Source: the human T2T-CHM13v2.0 reference genome, Homo sapiens. From it: a stretch of 64,000 nt of DNA. The stretch lies in assembly GCF_009914755.1 (NCBI RefSeq), contig NC_060945.1; one strand, written 5' to 3'. Shown piece by piece: positions 1 through 14,286 of this stretch (position 1 is the first letter of the stretch; every line of letters starts with the position of its first letter). Below the pieces are notes generated by a model. It saw only the letters and a list, made by a program, of their open reading frames with translations, was not told the origin of the DNA and did not search any database. A program made the position numbers and the translations under genes.

Positions 1-450
1 GTCTTAGAGGAGAGGCACTCGCATCAAAGTGACTCGGAGGTGCGCGGGAAGTGATGGACGATGCCGCCAGGGGACAAGGTTGGAAGGAAGAGGACATGGG
101 AGCCAACCCCTGCGCTGGGAACTGAAGGCTCAAGGGATGATTATAAACTAGGCATCCACCTTTTAAGCCAAAAGCCAGAGCATCAAGATGGACTCATTTC
201 TGCTTTGTAGGAACGTGATAAAGAACTGGAGAGAAGTGCCGTCAGGTGGGGACTGGAACACTGTCCTTGGATCACAGAGGCTCCAGGAAATCCAGGGACA
301 AAAACAGGTCAGATCAAATAGGAACAAGTCGGAGCAGAGAGGATGCAGGAAAACCCAGCCCATGTCGCCTCTGAACCTGCGACCCTGCAAAAGCGTATTT
401 TCCCAAGGGTCAGGGAGACGTGTTCCTACTGTTGGTTTGACTATCTGTGA

Positions 451-769
<319 letters not shown>

Positions 770-914
770 TGATAGCACAAATTTTAAAGGCCACAATTTG
801 TGGCCAAATGAAATAAAATGAGACACCCCACCCCCCCGACACACACATATTAATAAGGAATGCTAAAGTACTCTGCTAAATACCTGAAGTCAAAGGGAAA
901 TCAAATGATATTTA

Positions 915-1436
<522 letters not shown>

Positions 1437-3049
1437 CTAAGGGGGAAAATAGCAAGAAGACAGACTCTAAAAATGGCACATGTTGTACTAACAAATTGCA
1501 TAGAGGAAATAGCTATTATCTCTCTAGTGCAAAAGGTAAATGGTAATCTTCATCTCTAAAGAGATCTTAGAAATTAATAACAAAAAGGTAAATACTCCAT
1601 TCAAGGATGTTTCAAGGGTGTGGCACCCTGAGCAGGTAATTCACAAAAGAAGGAAGAAAACTGGCTAAGAAACATATGAGTCACCCCAGGAAAGAACCAG
1701 GGATTTCAGCCAAAATATCTTGATTCCCTGTGTAGCCGTCAACGTGTAAGATGCTTTGGCGGTTTCGGTGCCTGCGCTATGGAGTCCCACACAGCAACGA
1801 AAACATGCAAACAGCTGCTCAGGGCAGCTTGGCTTCGTGGTAAAAGTGAATTTATGGGGAAAAAAAGAGAGACACAGTTCCAAAATATTCTGCATTTCTC
1901 TGGGTGGTGGCACTATGAGTATTTTCAATTTTCATTATTCCTGTTTGTATTTTCCACCCTTTTTGTGATAAATGAATAAAGGACATTTTAAAAATGGAAT
2001 TTCATGGTGGCCGACGAATTATGCTGAAATTGCTCCTTCGGATTCCAAAGCTACTGGCTTTCTTGTTCCCACTGTGACGTTGATGAGGACGCTGCTTCAT
2101 GGCAGTGGGACCTCCCTGCTGGCATGGGCTTGTTGCCACTGTCACTCACCCATTCACCCATCCATGGGACAGGGGCTTGCCAGCCTCTCCTCTAGGCACG
2201 GCGCAGGGGCTGAGAGCTGCACTCCAGGACTCCTGGACTCTGCCCTCTGCTGAGACTCTCAGCACCTCTTTTCCCCAACACCTACCCCAAGTTTCCATCA
2301 CACACAGAAACCTCCACCACTCCCAACACCAACATGTGTCCCCAGCGAGGCTGTTTACAAATCAGCTGGGCAGGAAGGTGTTCCCCTGGGGCTAACTCTT
2401 CTGCACTCTCAGACCCTGAATGGCCGGAGAGAACACGCAGCCCGGGGTGGGCAGGGGCCTCAGCTCAGGACAGCACCAGGGCCCTCTGTGCTTGCTCAGG
2501 GCCTGGGCTCCACACACATGGGCTCGGAATCGACAAATGCAACCACCTAATCAATGCCCCGTGTCAGTGCCAGTTTGTGCCAAGCAGAATGGGAGGGATA
2601 ATTGCTGGCACCAGGTCCGGCTTGGGGTGGGTATCACCCACAGCTCCATAATTGCTAGGCGCCCACTGCAGAGCCCCTTGAGTTGGGGCTTCCCAGCGAC
2701 CTGGCCTGTACCTGCTGGGCAAATGCCTGTGTCACTGACCCCTGTGGCAGCTGGCATTCTCCTCCGGGAACGGGAGCCAGCCTCCGGTGACATGGCCTCA
2801 GGCAGGACCACGGTTCTCTGACACAGGACATGAGTGCAGCAAGGGGGGCCCACACAGGACCTGTTCCATGGAATCGCCACAGGCGTCACGCTGCCCCATC
2901 CACAGAGGCAAATGTCCCACAGCCCTGGTACCTGGTGGGGCCCGGCCTGGGCCAGAGTGGACAGACCTGGGCCTGGCAGGAGCCCTGGGGAAGTGAGTTC
3001 AAGTTACACGGTTGACTATAGAGACAGCTGGAGTGCACACAATTGGCCA

Positions 3050-3105
3050 GACCACCCCTCCTGTTTCACAGATGGGGAAACTGAGTCACGGGGGACCAAA
3101 TAGCC
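3050..3105. mobile_element. MIR fragment
   Basis: MIR core-like tttcacagatggggaaactgagtcac; boundaries approximate. Confidence 0.6.
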
Positions 3106-3480
3106 TGCTCACCCCATGCCCCTTCCAGACAGGGTGCAGATAGGGCCCCTCCCATCTCCTGGATGGCCGCGGCCCCTGTGCAGAACTTCCTTCATGGGCA
3201 CCTCGCTGTCTGGGGGCCTCTTCCCCAGGGAGTCTCCTGGTGGTGGCCGTGTTGCCTCAGGCTCACTGTGCACTAGGCAGGTCACGTCGATGCCGCCTGA
3301 GGGGCAGGGGTTACCACCCTGTGGTTCAGGTGAGAAGCTCCAGGCTCAGGAGTGTCCAGCTGCCTGGGCAGTGTTTGGATCTCATGCCAGCCCCTGCCAG
3401 GAGGCCCTGCTTCTCCAGCCCAGCCCACGCCCACCAGGAAATGCCCCTATTTACTCCCTTGAGGCAAAGGCCCTTGGGTG

Positions 3481-3798
3481 GCTGAGCATCCCCTCTCCCA
3501 GCACTCGGAGCTGAGCGTCCCCTCTCCCAGCACTCGGAGCTGAGCGTCCCCTCTCCCAGCACTCGGAGCTGAGCGTCCCCTCTCCCAGCACTCGGAGCTG
3601 AGCGTCCCCTCTCCCAGCACTCGGAGCTGAGCATTCCCCTCTCCCAGCACTCGGAGCTGAGCGTCCCCTCTCCCAGCACTCGGAGCTGAGCGTCCCCTCT
3701 CCCAGCACTCGGAGCTGAGCGTCCCCTCTCCCAGCACTCGGAGCTGAGCGTCCCCTCTCCCAGCACTCGGAGCTGAGCATTCCCCTCTCCCAGCACTC
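3481..3798. repeat. 29-bp VNTR, 11 units (gctgagcgtcccctctcccagcactcgga), ITGB2 intron 1
   Basis: Unit starts at 3481, 3510, 3539, 3568, 3597, 3626, 3656, 3685, 3714, 3743, 3772. Confidence 0.97.
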
Positions 3799-4924
3799 AG
3801 AGGTGCCTTCGGTTGCTCAGCTGTTCATTGAGTGCTGGGAGTGGAAACTCATACGCTGAGCGGCAGTGACGCTGCGGAGCTGACACCAAACCCCACAGCC
3901 CGCCCGGTCACCTGCTTCACCGAGGGCCGCAGCCCCCCCGGGGTCAGGTGGCCACAGGGGTCCTGGCCATGTGGGACATCCGTTCTGTGGCCCTGCTCAG
4001 GATGGCACCCGGCGGGGACTGGCCCTGGGGCCGAGGCATGGGCTCAGCCGCCGCCCTGCAGGGACGTAGCCAGGGACCTCTTCCCAGCAGAGGGACTCCC
4101 CCACTCATCCCCAGAATACTGAGGGGCACGCTGGGTGCCAGGCTGGCAGGGACCCTGGGGATTCTGCTGTGAGCTGGATGGGGAAGGAGTTCCTTCCTGA
4201 AATGTGGAGTCTGGAGGCCACTCTTGGTAAAGTGCTGGCCCCCGGGGATTCTGCAGTGAGCTGGGCATGGATTCTGCAGTGAGCTGGGCTTCACTCATGG
4301 TGAAGCGCTGGGGTGACGGCAGACAGCCCAGAGCTTCTAGCAGCTCATTTCTGTGAAGCCTCCAGAATCCGGCCTCAGCCCCCAAACCCGCAGGCGTTGC
4401 GCCACCGTCACGGGGAAGGCGAGTGACAGCGAGTGTCCCCTATGCCCCCACAGCTCGCTCCCAGGCTGAGCTCTCCGGCCATCCCCCCCCTTCCCCATTG
4501 CAGCCATGCCACCCCTCCTTCTCCCCACCCAGGAACTGACAGAGGAGAGGGGCCCCGGATGGACAGGGACAGCAGGGCAGAATCCCAGCTCCCAGATCCA
4601 GGGGAGGGGGGATTGGGTGTGGGGACGGTGGTGCAAGGGGTGGTGCCAGGGGTGGAGGATGCATGGGGAGGGCTGGCCCCAAGAGTGCAGTGTTGGGGGA
4701 AGGGGGCCAGGTGGGCCTGGGACCCAGGGGCGTGGCTTCAATCCCCCTCCCACCAGGACCTTGGGAATGGCCTCCAGGAGCCTGTTGTGGGGAGGCCAGG
4801 GTCACCAGCTGAACCAACTCGACCAGAATCGCACAGCGGTGCCCGCTCCCCTACAGCAAGACGTCACCCAGGGGTCCCCACGGAGGAGGCAGGGAAGCTC
4901 GAGGGTCCCAGAGGAGCATGGAGC

Positions 4925-5145
4925 ATGTGCCACACCACACCACACTACACTACACATGTGCACCATACATGTACATACAACAGACTCCCCACATCACATG
5001 CGCACACTCGCACACCATACATGTACACACACACACCACACTACGCTATGCCACACACGTGCACCATACATGCACACCATGCCACACTACACACACGACA
5101 CTACACACCACGAACCACACCACACCATATCACACACCACACACT
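4925..5145. repeat. Degenerate CA-rich low-complexity tract
   Basis: cacac/catac/cacca-rich sequence; source of His/Thr-rich spurious ORFs. Confidence 0.85.
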
Positions 5146-5605
5146 GCGAGTCGATCTGGAGATGGAATCGCTGTAGCCAGGCGGGGCAGCATGCAGACAG
5201 GAGGGCCTAACACAGGCAGGCGCAGCAGGTTCACAGAGGAGGCCCCGGGAACCTGCCTCCTGCCCAGCCCGGAGCACCAGGACCCCCCAGCCGTCCCCCT
5301 AGGGGCTTGTGGGCCCAGCCTCTTCCTGGCCTTGCCGGCCTCACAGCCCCTTGTCCTCCCATGCCGGCCCCATCCTCAGCCACAAGCGCTCCCAGCACAC
5401 CATGTGGCTCTGCTCTTGGTGGCAGGCACTTCCCCTTGCCGGGTCTCAAAGGGGACCCTGGAGCAGACGGTCTGGAGACCCCTTCCTGCCAGACACCCCT
5501 GGGCCGGGGCCATAAGCAGGGCCACCAGGGTCACTCCAGGCTGGGGCAGGAGAGTGCTTCCCTCCAAAAATCACCGTGGACATAGCGGGGCCTCTGCACA
5601 CTCAC

Positions 5606-5690
5606 CCTCGGTGTGCTGGAGTCCTCGGCGGTGCTCCTGGCTGGGCGTGGGGGCTTTGCTACCAGTCTGCCCTGGGTCACGTCTAGAAAC
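5606..5690 (-). other. ITGB2: ITGB2 (integrin beta-2/CD18) main non-coding first exon; 5' end approximate
   Basis: Minus strand reads ...gcccagccaggagcaccgccgaggactccagcacaccgagg|GTGAGT, matching the ITGB2 5'UTR as I recall it; consensus donor at 5605-5600. Coding exons lie left of the window. Confidence 0.88.
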
Positions 5691-5714
5691 CTCAGCTGGA
5701 GGCGCGGGTCGTAA

Positions 5715-5810
5715 AGTCCTGACACTTCCTGTTCCTCTCAGCTCCTCCTTGGAGGAAGTGGTGGGTTGCACCACCGTGGCCCTTCACCCCTGCCCCTCTC
5801 CGCTCTACAG
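5715..5810 (-). promoter_or_regulatory. ITGB2: ITGB2 proximal TATA-less promoter with clustered ETS (PU.1/GABP) cores
   Basis: Minus strand gaggaacaggaagtg (5723-5737) and plus strand gaggaagtg (5752-5760); the CD18 promoter is known to be driven by PU.1, GABP and Sp1. Confidence 0.8.
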
Positions 5811-6419
5811 CAGCTCTGATGTCAGAGAGCGGCCCCTTGAGACAGGTGGGACATGTCATTTCTCACATGAGGTCCCGGCGAGAAGGACCTGCTTCCATCA
5901 GATTCACACTTGGGAGAGGGGCCCGGCCTCCAGGAGCGCCAGGCAGAAAGGGCACCCATTAGGAAGAAGAACACAGAGGCCATGGGAGTGAAAAGTTTGA
6001 TGCTGGAAAGCAACAGTAGCACATTCTGCTACAGAGCGGAATGAAAAACCCTGGGGAGCAAATTCCCGAGCCAGAGAATGGAGCGGAGGAACCAGCCAAG
6101 GAGGATAAAGAGGTGGGAACAGGCAAGAAAACCTGGGTGCGTGCACGCATTGACATCCACCTGCATGTGAGGGCGGGAGGGGACAGAACAGGGACAGCGA
6201 GGAGGAGACACTCAGGTCACAGGAGGAAGGCTGCGGATCTGGGCGGGGACGTGGATTGCGAGGCCACTGAACACCCCAGGGATGGATGGATGAGGTCCTG
6301 TTAACTAGGGACATTAGGAGGATACCACAGAACACGAAAGGGAAAATACTACAGGCTCAGAGAGAGAGAGAAGGGAGAGGAGGAGGAGGAGGAAGAGGAG
6401 GGAAAGAGATTATACCTAG

Positions 6420-6878
<459 letters not shown>

Positions 6879-7168
6879 TGATACAAAGTTGGGCAAAGAA
6901 ATAAGTAAAAATTATGATGTCATAACCTGTTGATTTAAAAAATAGTGGTAAGAATATTAACGCTGTGAAACAAAACGCCTAGAGGACTGGGTTGGGAGGG
7001 GCCAGGGAGCACATTGCCGTTCCATCCTATCTGGGGAGGAATATAGATGCTTGTCAGTGGGCATTTTGATAGAAAATATCTAAGTATATATGCTAACAAT
7101 TCAAGAGTCTCCTTAAGAATAAAAATAGCATGTATATACCTGAAAAAAAATATGACAAATCTTTATTT

Positions 7169-7459
7169 TGGGCATGGTGGCTCAAACTTGTAATCCCAGC
7201 ACTTTGGGAGGCCGAGGTGGGAGGATCACTTGAGCCCAGGAGTTCGAGACCAGCCTAGGCAACATTTGGAGACCCAGACCCTCATCTCTACAAAAAAATT
7301 TTCTAAGAATTCGCCAGGCATGGTAGCACGCGATATGGTCCAGGCTACTTGGGAGGCTGAGGTGGGAGAATTGCTTGAGCCCAAGAGGTTGAGGCTACGG
7401 TGAACCATGCTTACACCACTGCACTCCAGTCTGGGTAACTGAGAGAAAAAAAAAAAAAA
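7169..7459 (+). mobile_element. AluJ element
   Basis: Alu consensus with J-type ggaggatcacttgagcccaggag and polyA tail. Confidence 0.93.
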
Positions 7460-8748
7460 GGCAAATCCTTTAAAAGAAAAAAGTAAGGGAAAATATAACA
7501 AACAAGAAAGGTAAATAAAAACCAAACAATAAAACATTGGGAATAATTTCAAACCCATCAGGAATCACAGCACCTGTGAATGGGTTACATTTTCTTGTTT
7601 TAAATCAACAAGGTCTTGCGTTGGGTTTTAGAAATAAAGAGACAAAACAAGTTCCAATGAAATGTTCTCTGTCAAGGGTATCTTCTCATTACAGACTTAG
7701 CCTAGAAAATAATGAAGAAGGACAGAAAGAGAATACCATTCTACTACACCCGCTGATGACTTAAAGTAAGCAATGACCCTCGCTGCGAACGTCACGGACG
7801 CAGCAGACGTTATGCACACACCTTTAATGAATTAGTCTTGATGAAATAACAATAGAAATCAAGAAAAATAGAAAGAACAAATGTTACTATTGAGCCTGAA
7901 TCAGGTCGAACTTTTTAGATCTACAAAGAAGCATCAGGAGGGTGTGTTAGATGACATCGTAGGGATGCAATTAGCAAAATCCAGGCTGAAGAAACCCTCA
8001 CAAGGCAAACAGCACAGTACAAGAGGAGAGACGAAGGGAGAGAGACCCTTTAGATTAAGAGATTTAATCTCTTAATAGAACCAATTGCAATGCATGGACC
8101 ATATTTTAAAATCATTGTTAATTGTTTTAAGTGTGACAATGGTTTGTGGTTATGTTAAAAAGTCCCCATCTTTTAGAGTTACATGTTGAAATATTTGCAG
8201 ATGGTGCAGTATAATGTTTCAGATTTATTTCCCAATAAAGAGGGGTGGGTTGGGTTGGGGGAGAGTCGGGAGAGGTGTTGATACAACAAGATCACCTGTG
8301 AGTTGATTATTTTTGAAGCCACTGTTGGGGACATGGGGCTTCACTAATCTATTCTCTCTACTTCTGTAGATGTGTGAAATTTTTTGTAGTAAGATTAAAA
8401 AAACATTTCAAGGAAGTGTAAAGTTATTATTTCGCGGGTATAAAGTTCCCGTTTTGCAAGATGAAATGGTTTTGGAGAAGTTGGTGGTGATGGTTGCACA
8501 GTACTAAGTGTCCTTAATGCCACGGAAATGCATAACTTCAAATGGTTAAAATGGTGAATTTATGTTATGTATATTTTATCACAATTAAAAAGTAAAAAGT
8601 GTAAGAAAGGCTCTCTATCAGATAAACTGTTAAAAGAGAACACTGAAGGCTGAAAATAAAGAAACGGAAAATACACGTATGTGCTAGAAAATACTAACGA
8701 AGATATCGTGTAACATCAAAAAGATAGAAATCAAAGCAAAATGCATCA

Positions 8749-9246
<498 letters not shown>

Positions 9247-10036
9247 ATCAAATAGAAATGCAAATTTGGCAGGTAGAGAATTTGAGGAACGTGACCATTC
9301 GTCTCCAACTTAAACACAATTATGTTACAAAGTGGGACAATGATAAACACATAATTACTAGACCACAAGGGAAATAACCACATATTCTAAAGCACAAAGA
9401 CCATAAGGAGGCCAAATTCACGGACACAATTGAATGAAATTAGATGCTGTCCAAAGGATGGCATGAAAGAAAAAAAACAGCACTCCTGAAAAGTGGACCC
9501 AAATATAGCCTAGATCGCATACATCCATGGTGCCACACTCACGCTACGGGGTAACGAATAAGAGCCCTTGAAGTGCTGCTCTGAAGCCTCGTGACCCACA
9601 GATCCGTAACACTGAGATTCTTCTGAAAAGCAAAATGTAGAAGGAGGCATTGAAGAATAACATGCACCTCGTCCCTGCAGACCCACACACCCCTAGGGCA
9701 GGACAGTGGTTACCCCTGAAGACAGAGAAGGCTACGGGCCTGGGAGATGGAAGCAGAGGGCTTCAAAGTTCTATTGTAGAGTTTTCTTTACTAAAAAGGA
9801 AGAAAAAGTTCTGGGCAAGTCAGGCAACATGTTAAGATTTGGTAAGATGAGAGGTAGCTGTTTGGGGATTGGTACTAGTGCTCTCCATGCTGTTCTGTAT
9901 TCTTAAAATAGTTTATATCTTTTTTTTTTTTTTTAAAGGAGCTAGGAGGAAGTGACTGCAAATGAGCAGAAGGATCTTTCAGGGGGTGGAAATGCTCTGA
10001 AATTAGATTGTGGTGATGATTGCACAATTCCGTAAA

Positions 10037-10180
10037 TTTTCTTTTTGTTGCTGTTGTTTCTTTCTTTCTTTTTTTAATAGAGACTAGGTCTCGCTACGTT
10101 GCCAAGGCTATGGTGAGCCAAGATCACACCACTGCACTCCAGCCTGGGTGACAGAGTAAGATCCTGTCAGAAAGAAAGAA
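10037..10180. mobile_element. Two oppositely oriented Alu arm 3' ends fused head-to-head
   Basis: Minus piece tttttaatagagactaggtctcgctacgttgccaaggct joined via shared aggct to plus piece ggtgagccaagatcacaccactgcactccagcctgggtgacagag. Confidence 0.8.
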
Positions 10181-10201
10181 AGGAAGAAGGAAGGGAGGGA
10201 G

Positions 10202-10261
10202 GGAAGGAAGGAAGGAAGGAAGGAAGGAAGGAAGGAAGGAAGGAAGGAAGGAAGGAAGGAA
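10202..10261 (+). repeat. (GGAA)15 microsatellite within a longer purine tract
   Basis: 15 consecutive GGAA counted directly. Confidence 0.97.
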
Positions 10262-10575
10262 AAAGAAAAGAAAAAATAAAAACTGAACTCACATGAGAAC
10301 CACAGCCCACAAGAGGCAGGTCTGGACTTGTGGTCTAACCCTAACCAGACTGACTGCTAGCAAAACAAAAAGATCATTGTTGTCCAGAGGATTTTAGTAG
10401 AATCCAGAGTCTTATTAAATAATATTCAAAATGTCCATGATACAACCCAAAAGTACTCAAACAGCAACAAAGAAAACCTTGAGAACTTGTAAGAGAAAAG
10501 ATAACTAATAGATGCCAACTCCGAGATAATCCCAATGCTGAAATGATCACACGGAGCATTAAAACAGCTGTTAGA

Positions 10576-10961
<386 letters not shown>

Positions 10962-13384
10962 CTAGGGACCGTGGGGCTTCCCAGAGCCGTGACCTTGCAA
11001 TGGGGGACCCAGACCTCCATTCCGGGGACTCACTCAGCACTCATCTTACTATCCCCCATCTGATGTGCCTGTTGCACAAGGCTGGAAGTCAGAGGCTGTG
11101 CACGTTTTTCTTTGTGGAGACAAGTGAGTAATTGGTGCGTTTAGTGTAAAAATATCAGGTGTGGCTGCACGGAGTGAAAAATCACAGGCTCCACGGAGCC
11201 GGGAGGCCTGCTGCCCTGCCCTCTTGCTTTGATGAGGAAATGGCGACCGCAGAAGGAAATGTAGCAGCACCGGCAACCGGCATCCGTGGGGCCACGCCGG
11301 GCTGCTTCCCAGGGCCCTCCAGCCAAGCAGCCACAGGAAAGAGTAGATGTTGATCCCAAGCTAGGACTGAGGAGTCCGTCCCTAAGAGCCGAGGGAGTCA
11401 GGCGGGCGAAACTGGCCGCATGTCTGGGTACAACTGCTCAGGGTTTCTCATCTGCTGAATCACCAAGCTAGGTTCTGAAGCCAGGCGTGAGTGAGCAGGA
11501 CTGGAGCAGGATTCTGGGAACAATCTTTTCCCTCCAGTCAGCCCAGAAATTCCATTTGCAGTCACTTTCACTTATGTATTCCAGAAAACTACCTGCTGTC
11601 ATCAGGGGTTGGTTGGTTGAGCCTTTCCCTGTGCTTGCCTGGCAGACCTGCGTGCTCTGAGGCTGCCCGACCCTGAGCTCCAGAACAGACCATCGAGTTC
11701 AGGAGACAAGCATGTCAGCCATGACACAAGGCAGATGAGAGGGACCCCCAGCGTCCACACGTGGAGGCAGCGGGGGCAGCCGGTGAGCATAGATGGGGAA
11801 GGAGATTCAGAGCCTGAGGGCTGCTCTCCTGCCCTCCCATCCTGGACACTGGCCTGGGCCCCCCAGCTTCCCTTCGCCCAGCTTCCACCCCCATAACACA
11901 CAACCCCAGAGCTTGGGAAGGAGGTCTCTCTGTGACAGGTGGGATTCTGGAAGTTTCCACGGAGGAGACCCCATAGGACCAGGGTTTGAAGGTCAAGAAA
12001 GATGCTAAGGATGGAGAGGGCCAGTGGGGAGGGGGTGGTTCCAGGCTCACTTCACAGAGGTGCTTGGGGAGCTGCAATATTTTGGCAGCACCAAGGGAAG
12101 AGTCAGGTCAGTGAGGTTCATAAGGGATGAGAAAGGAGTCTAACCAGCCCTGGAGACCCCTGGGGTCTGGCCCCACAGGGAGATGTCCAAGTGGCAGAAA
12201 GTCCCTTTCTGCCTGGAGAGCACCTCCACGAGGACCCTGGGGCCACCCGGGAACCGCTGCTCCCTCCCAGTCACTCACCACACTTCCCTCTCCCGCCCAC
12301 CCTCCAACCTGCCTGCAAATTCCCCTGCAACCCAACTCTGGTCTCCTCCCAACCCTGCCCCCACGTAGGCCTTTTTTTTTCTTTTTCACTTCTTCCCCCC
12401 AGTGACTTCCTTCTGCAGTGTTGATTCAGCTCCCTTTGAAGGCGGGTGAGACCTTTTGCAGGCTGGGGGCAGGGGCGGGGGCGGAGAAGAGGGCTGCAGG
12501 CAGGGCTGGCAGAGGGGAGGAGGTGACACACACTCCCTGGAGGCGAGTGGGGAGGGCTCGGGGCAGGAAATGGAGTTGGGTGCCCCAGGTGGGGTGCTCC
12601 AACGAGCTCTTTCTCATGGGATCCCCCACAGATCCATACAAACAGGCTGACCATCAGGGCTGGTCCCAGGCCACCAGGCTGGGTGCAATGCAGAAATGGA
12701 GATCTGCCCCGGGGAAGGCAGGTGAGTGTAGGAAGGAGGGAGGGCTGCGAGAAGCTGGGGGCAGCCTCCATCCCCCTGTGGCCTGGGTGGGCCTGTGCCC
12801 CCCCAACCCCCCGACGCAGCTTCCCACACTGGGAGCACAGTTCCTCCCTCCTCTGCCTTCCTCTGCGTGGTGTGGCTCCTCCTTGAGGGAGAGAGCTGAG
12901 GAGGTGGCATTCTTGCTTCCCTGACTCACCCAAAGGAAGATTTCACAGCCCCTGGCAAGGGCTGCCAGACAGGCTCACCTGTCACCCCCTGTCCAGGGAC
13001 AGACTGACCGGTAGCCTTGGCTGGGTGGGGAGTTATGCTGGGAAGTCTTCCAGGCCCCCTGGGGGTGGGAAGATGCTCAATGTTCAAAGGAGATGGAACG
13101 AGGAAAACAGTTAAGCAACGATGGACTCCAGGGGGAAAACCGGAGAAGAAGAAACTGTAATTCCAGTCCGTCCACATGGCCCAGCAGTGAACGACAATTG
13201 CATGGTCAGAGAGAGCAAAAGCACCACGCCGACTGAAAGCAGCTCGAATGTGGTGGGGCAGTGGGAGATAATGCCCTCATCTACCAAAACAAGATCTGCC
13301 ACCTTCGCAGACCACTAAACCTCATTCCTCCACCCACCTCCCCACCCCCATGAAGGCCAACTGACCAGAGAGCAGGGCTCCCGA

Positions 13385-13421
13385 GGGTCGGGTCGGGTCG
13401 GGTCGGGTTGGGTCGGGTGGG
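13385..13421 (+). repeat. (GGGTC)n repeat with 8 G3 tracts (G-quadruplex motif)
   Basis: gggtcgggtcgggtcgggtcgggttgggtcgggtggg. Confidence 0.9.
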
Positions 13422-13431
13422 TGCCTCTTAC

Positions 13432-13560
13432 CCTAACTGAGGCTCTGCCCTGGACTCGGAGTCCACTTGCTGTCAAAGCATGCCACTCTTCTTTCTGATA
13501 CTTGACATATTTCTTTTCCCGTTCAATTCATGGTTTCTGCCCAAACGGAGCCACGTGAGG
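13432..13560 (-). other. ITGB2: ITGB2 alternative upstream non-coding exon; 5' end approximate
   Basis: Minus strand ...ggactccgagtccagggcagagcctcagttagg|GTAAGA consensus donor; matches my recollection of an alternative ITGB2 5'UTR. Confidence 0.7.
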
Positions 13561-13590
13561 ACGTCTTTGGGGATGTGTCTCCAAGAAAAG

Positions 13591-13797
13591 TGTGGGCTGC
13601 CTTCCTCACCCTGGATGCCTGTGGGCAGCCTTCCTCACCCTGGATGCCTGTGGGCTGCCTTCCTCACCCTGGATGCCTGTGGGCAGCCTTCCTCACCCTG
13701 GATGCCTGTGGGCTGCCTTCCTCACCCTGGATGCCTGTGGGCAGCCTTCCTCACCCTGGATGCCTGTGGGCAGCCTTCCTCACCCTGGATGCCTGTG
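13591..13797. repeat. 29-bp VNTR, 7 units (tgtgggc[t/a]gccttcctcaccctggatgcc)
   Basis: Unit starts at 13591, 13620, 13649, 13678, 13707, 13736, 13765. Confidence 0.97.
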
Positions 13798-14286
13798 ACT
13801 TGGTTTCCATGGGGGCTTCCTAAGCTCAGGGACCCCAAGCCTCCATCAAATCTAATGACCCGCCTTGTCTCTGAACACACCTGTGTTGTCCCCGAGCCCC
13901 TCACCAACCCCCTCTGCAACCCGGCCCACGCATTTCCCATCCTGAAGGGTCCAGCTCATAGGCCGGCCCATGTGTTCCCTTTACCCCTGCTTTGTCCCTA
14001 CCTGGTGGGGAGCTGTCCCTTCTGGGCCCTAGTGTGGCACTTCACACACAAATGTGTCCTGTGGGTGGTATCTGGGCCTCCCCCTGCAGTGAGGGGATGA
14101 CCAATGTGCAGAGCTCACTGGGCCTGGATATGGGCTCGGGTGGCACAGAACAGAGAGAAAGTGCTCCGTAAAAGTGAGCTGCGATGCGGAGGTGGGCAAG
14201 CTCTTCCCTGGAGGGGGAAGAGCTCTCAACCCAGAGGGATCTGACCAGGAAGGTTCACCCCCCCTCCACCCAGGAAGCCCCTGCAG

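Noticed and set aside
3326-3796. Repetitive ORFs over the 29-bp VNTR, and a CRISPR-like look of this and other arrays
   Set aside because: Units are contiguous with no unique spacers and the DNA is human; the ORFs are translations of a stop-free repeat
4433-5991. Long plus-strand ORFs (247, 234, 357 aa) with His/Thr-rich segments
   Set aside because: Produced by a CA-rich tract and high GC; they overlap the ITGB2 promoter; no recognisable protein
13480-14100. 206-aa ATG-initiated ORF in the ITGB2-AS1 region
   Set aside because: Length is inflated by a 29-bp VNTR (not a multiple of 3) that is stop-free on the plus strand; copy-number change would shift the frame; no coding evidence
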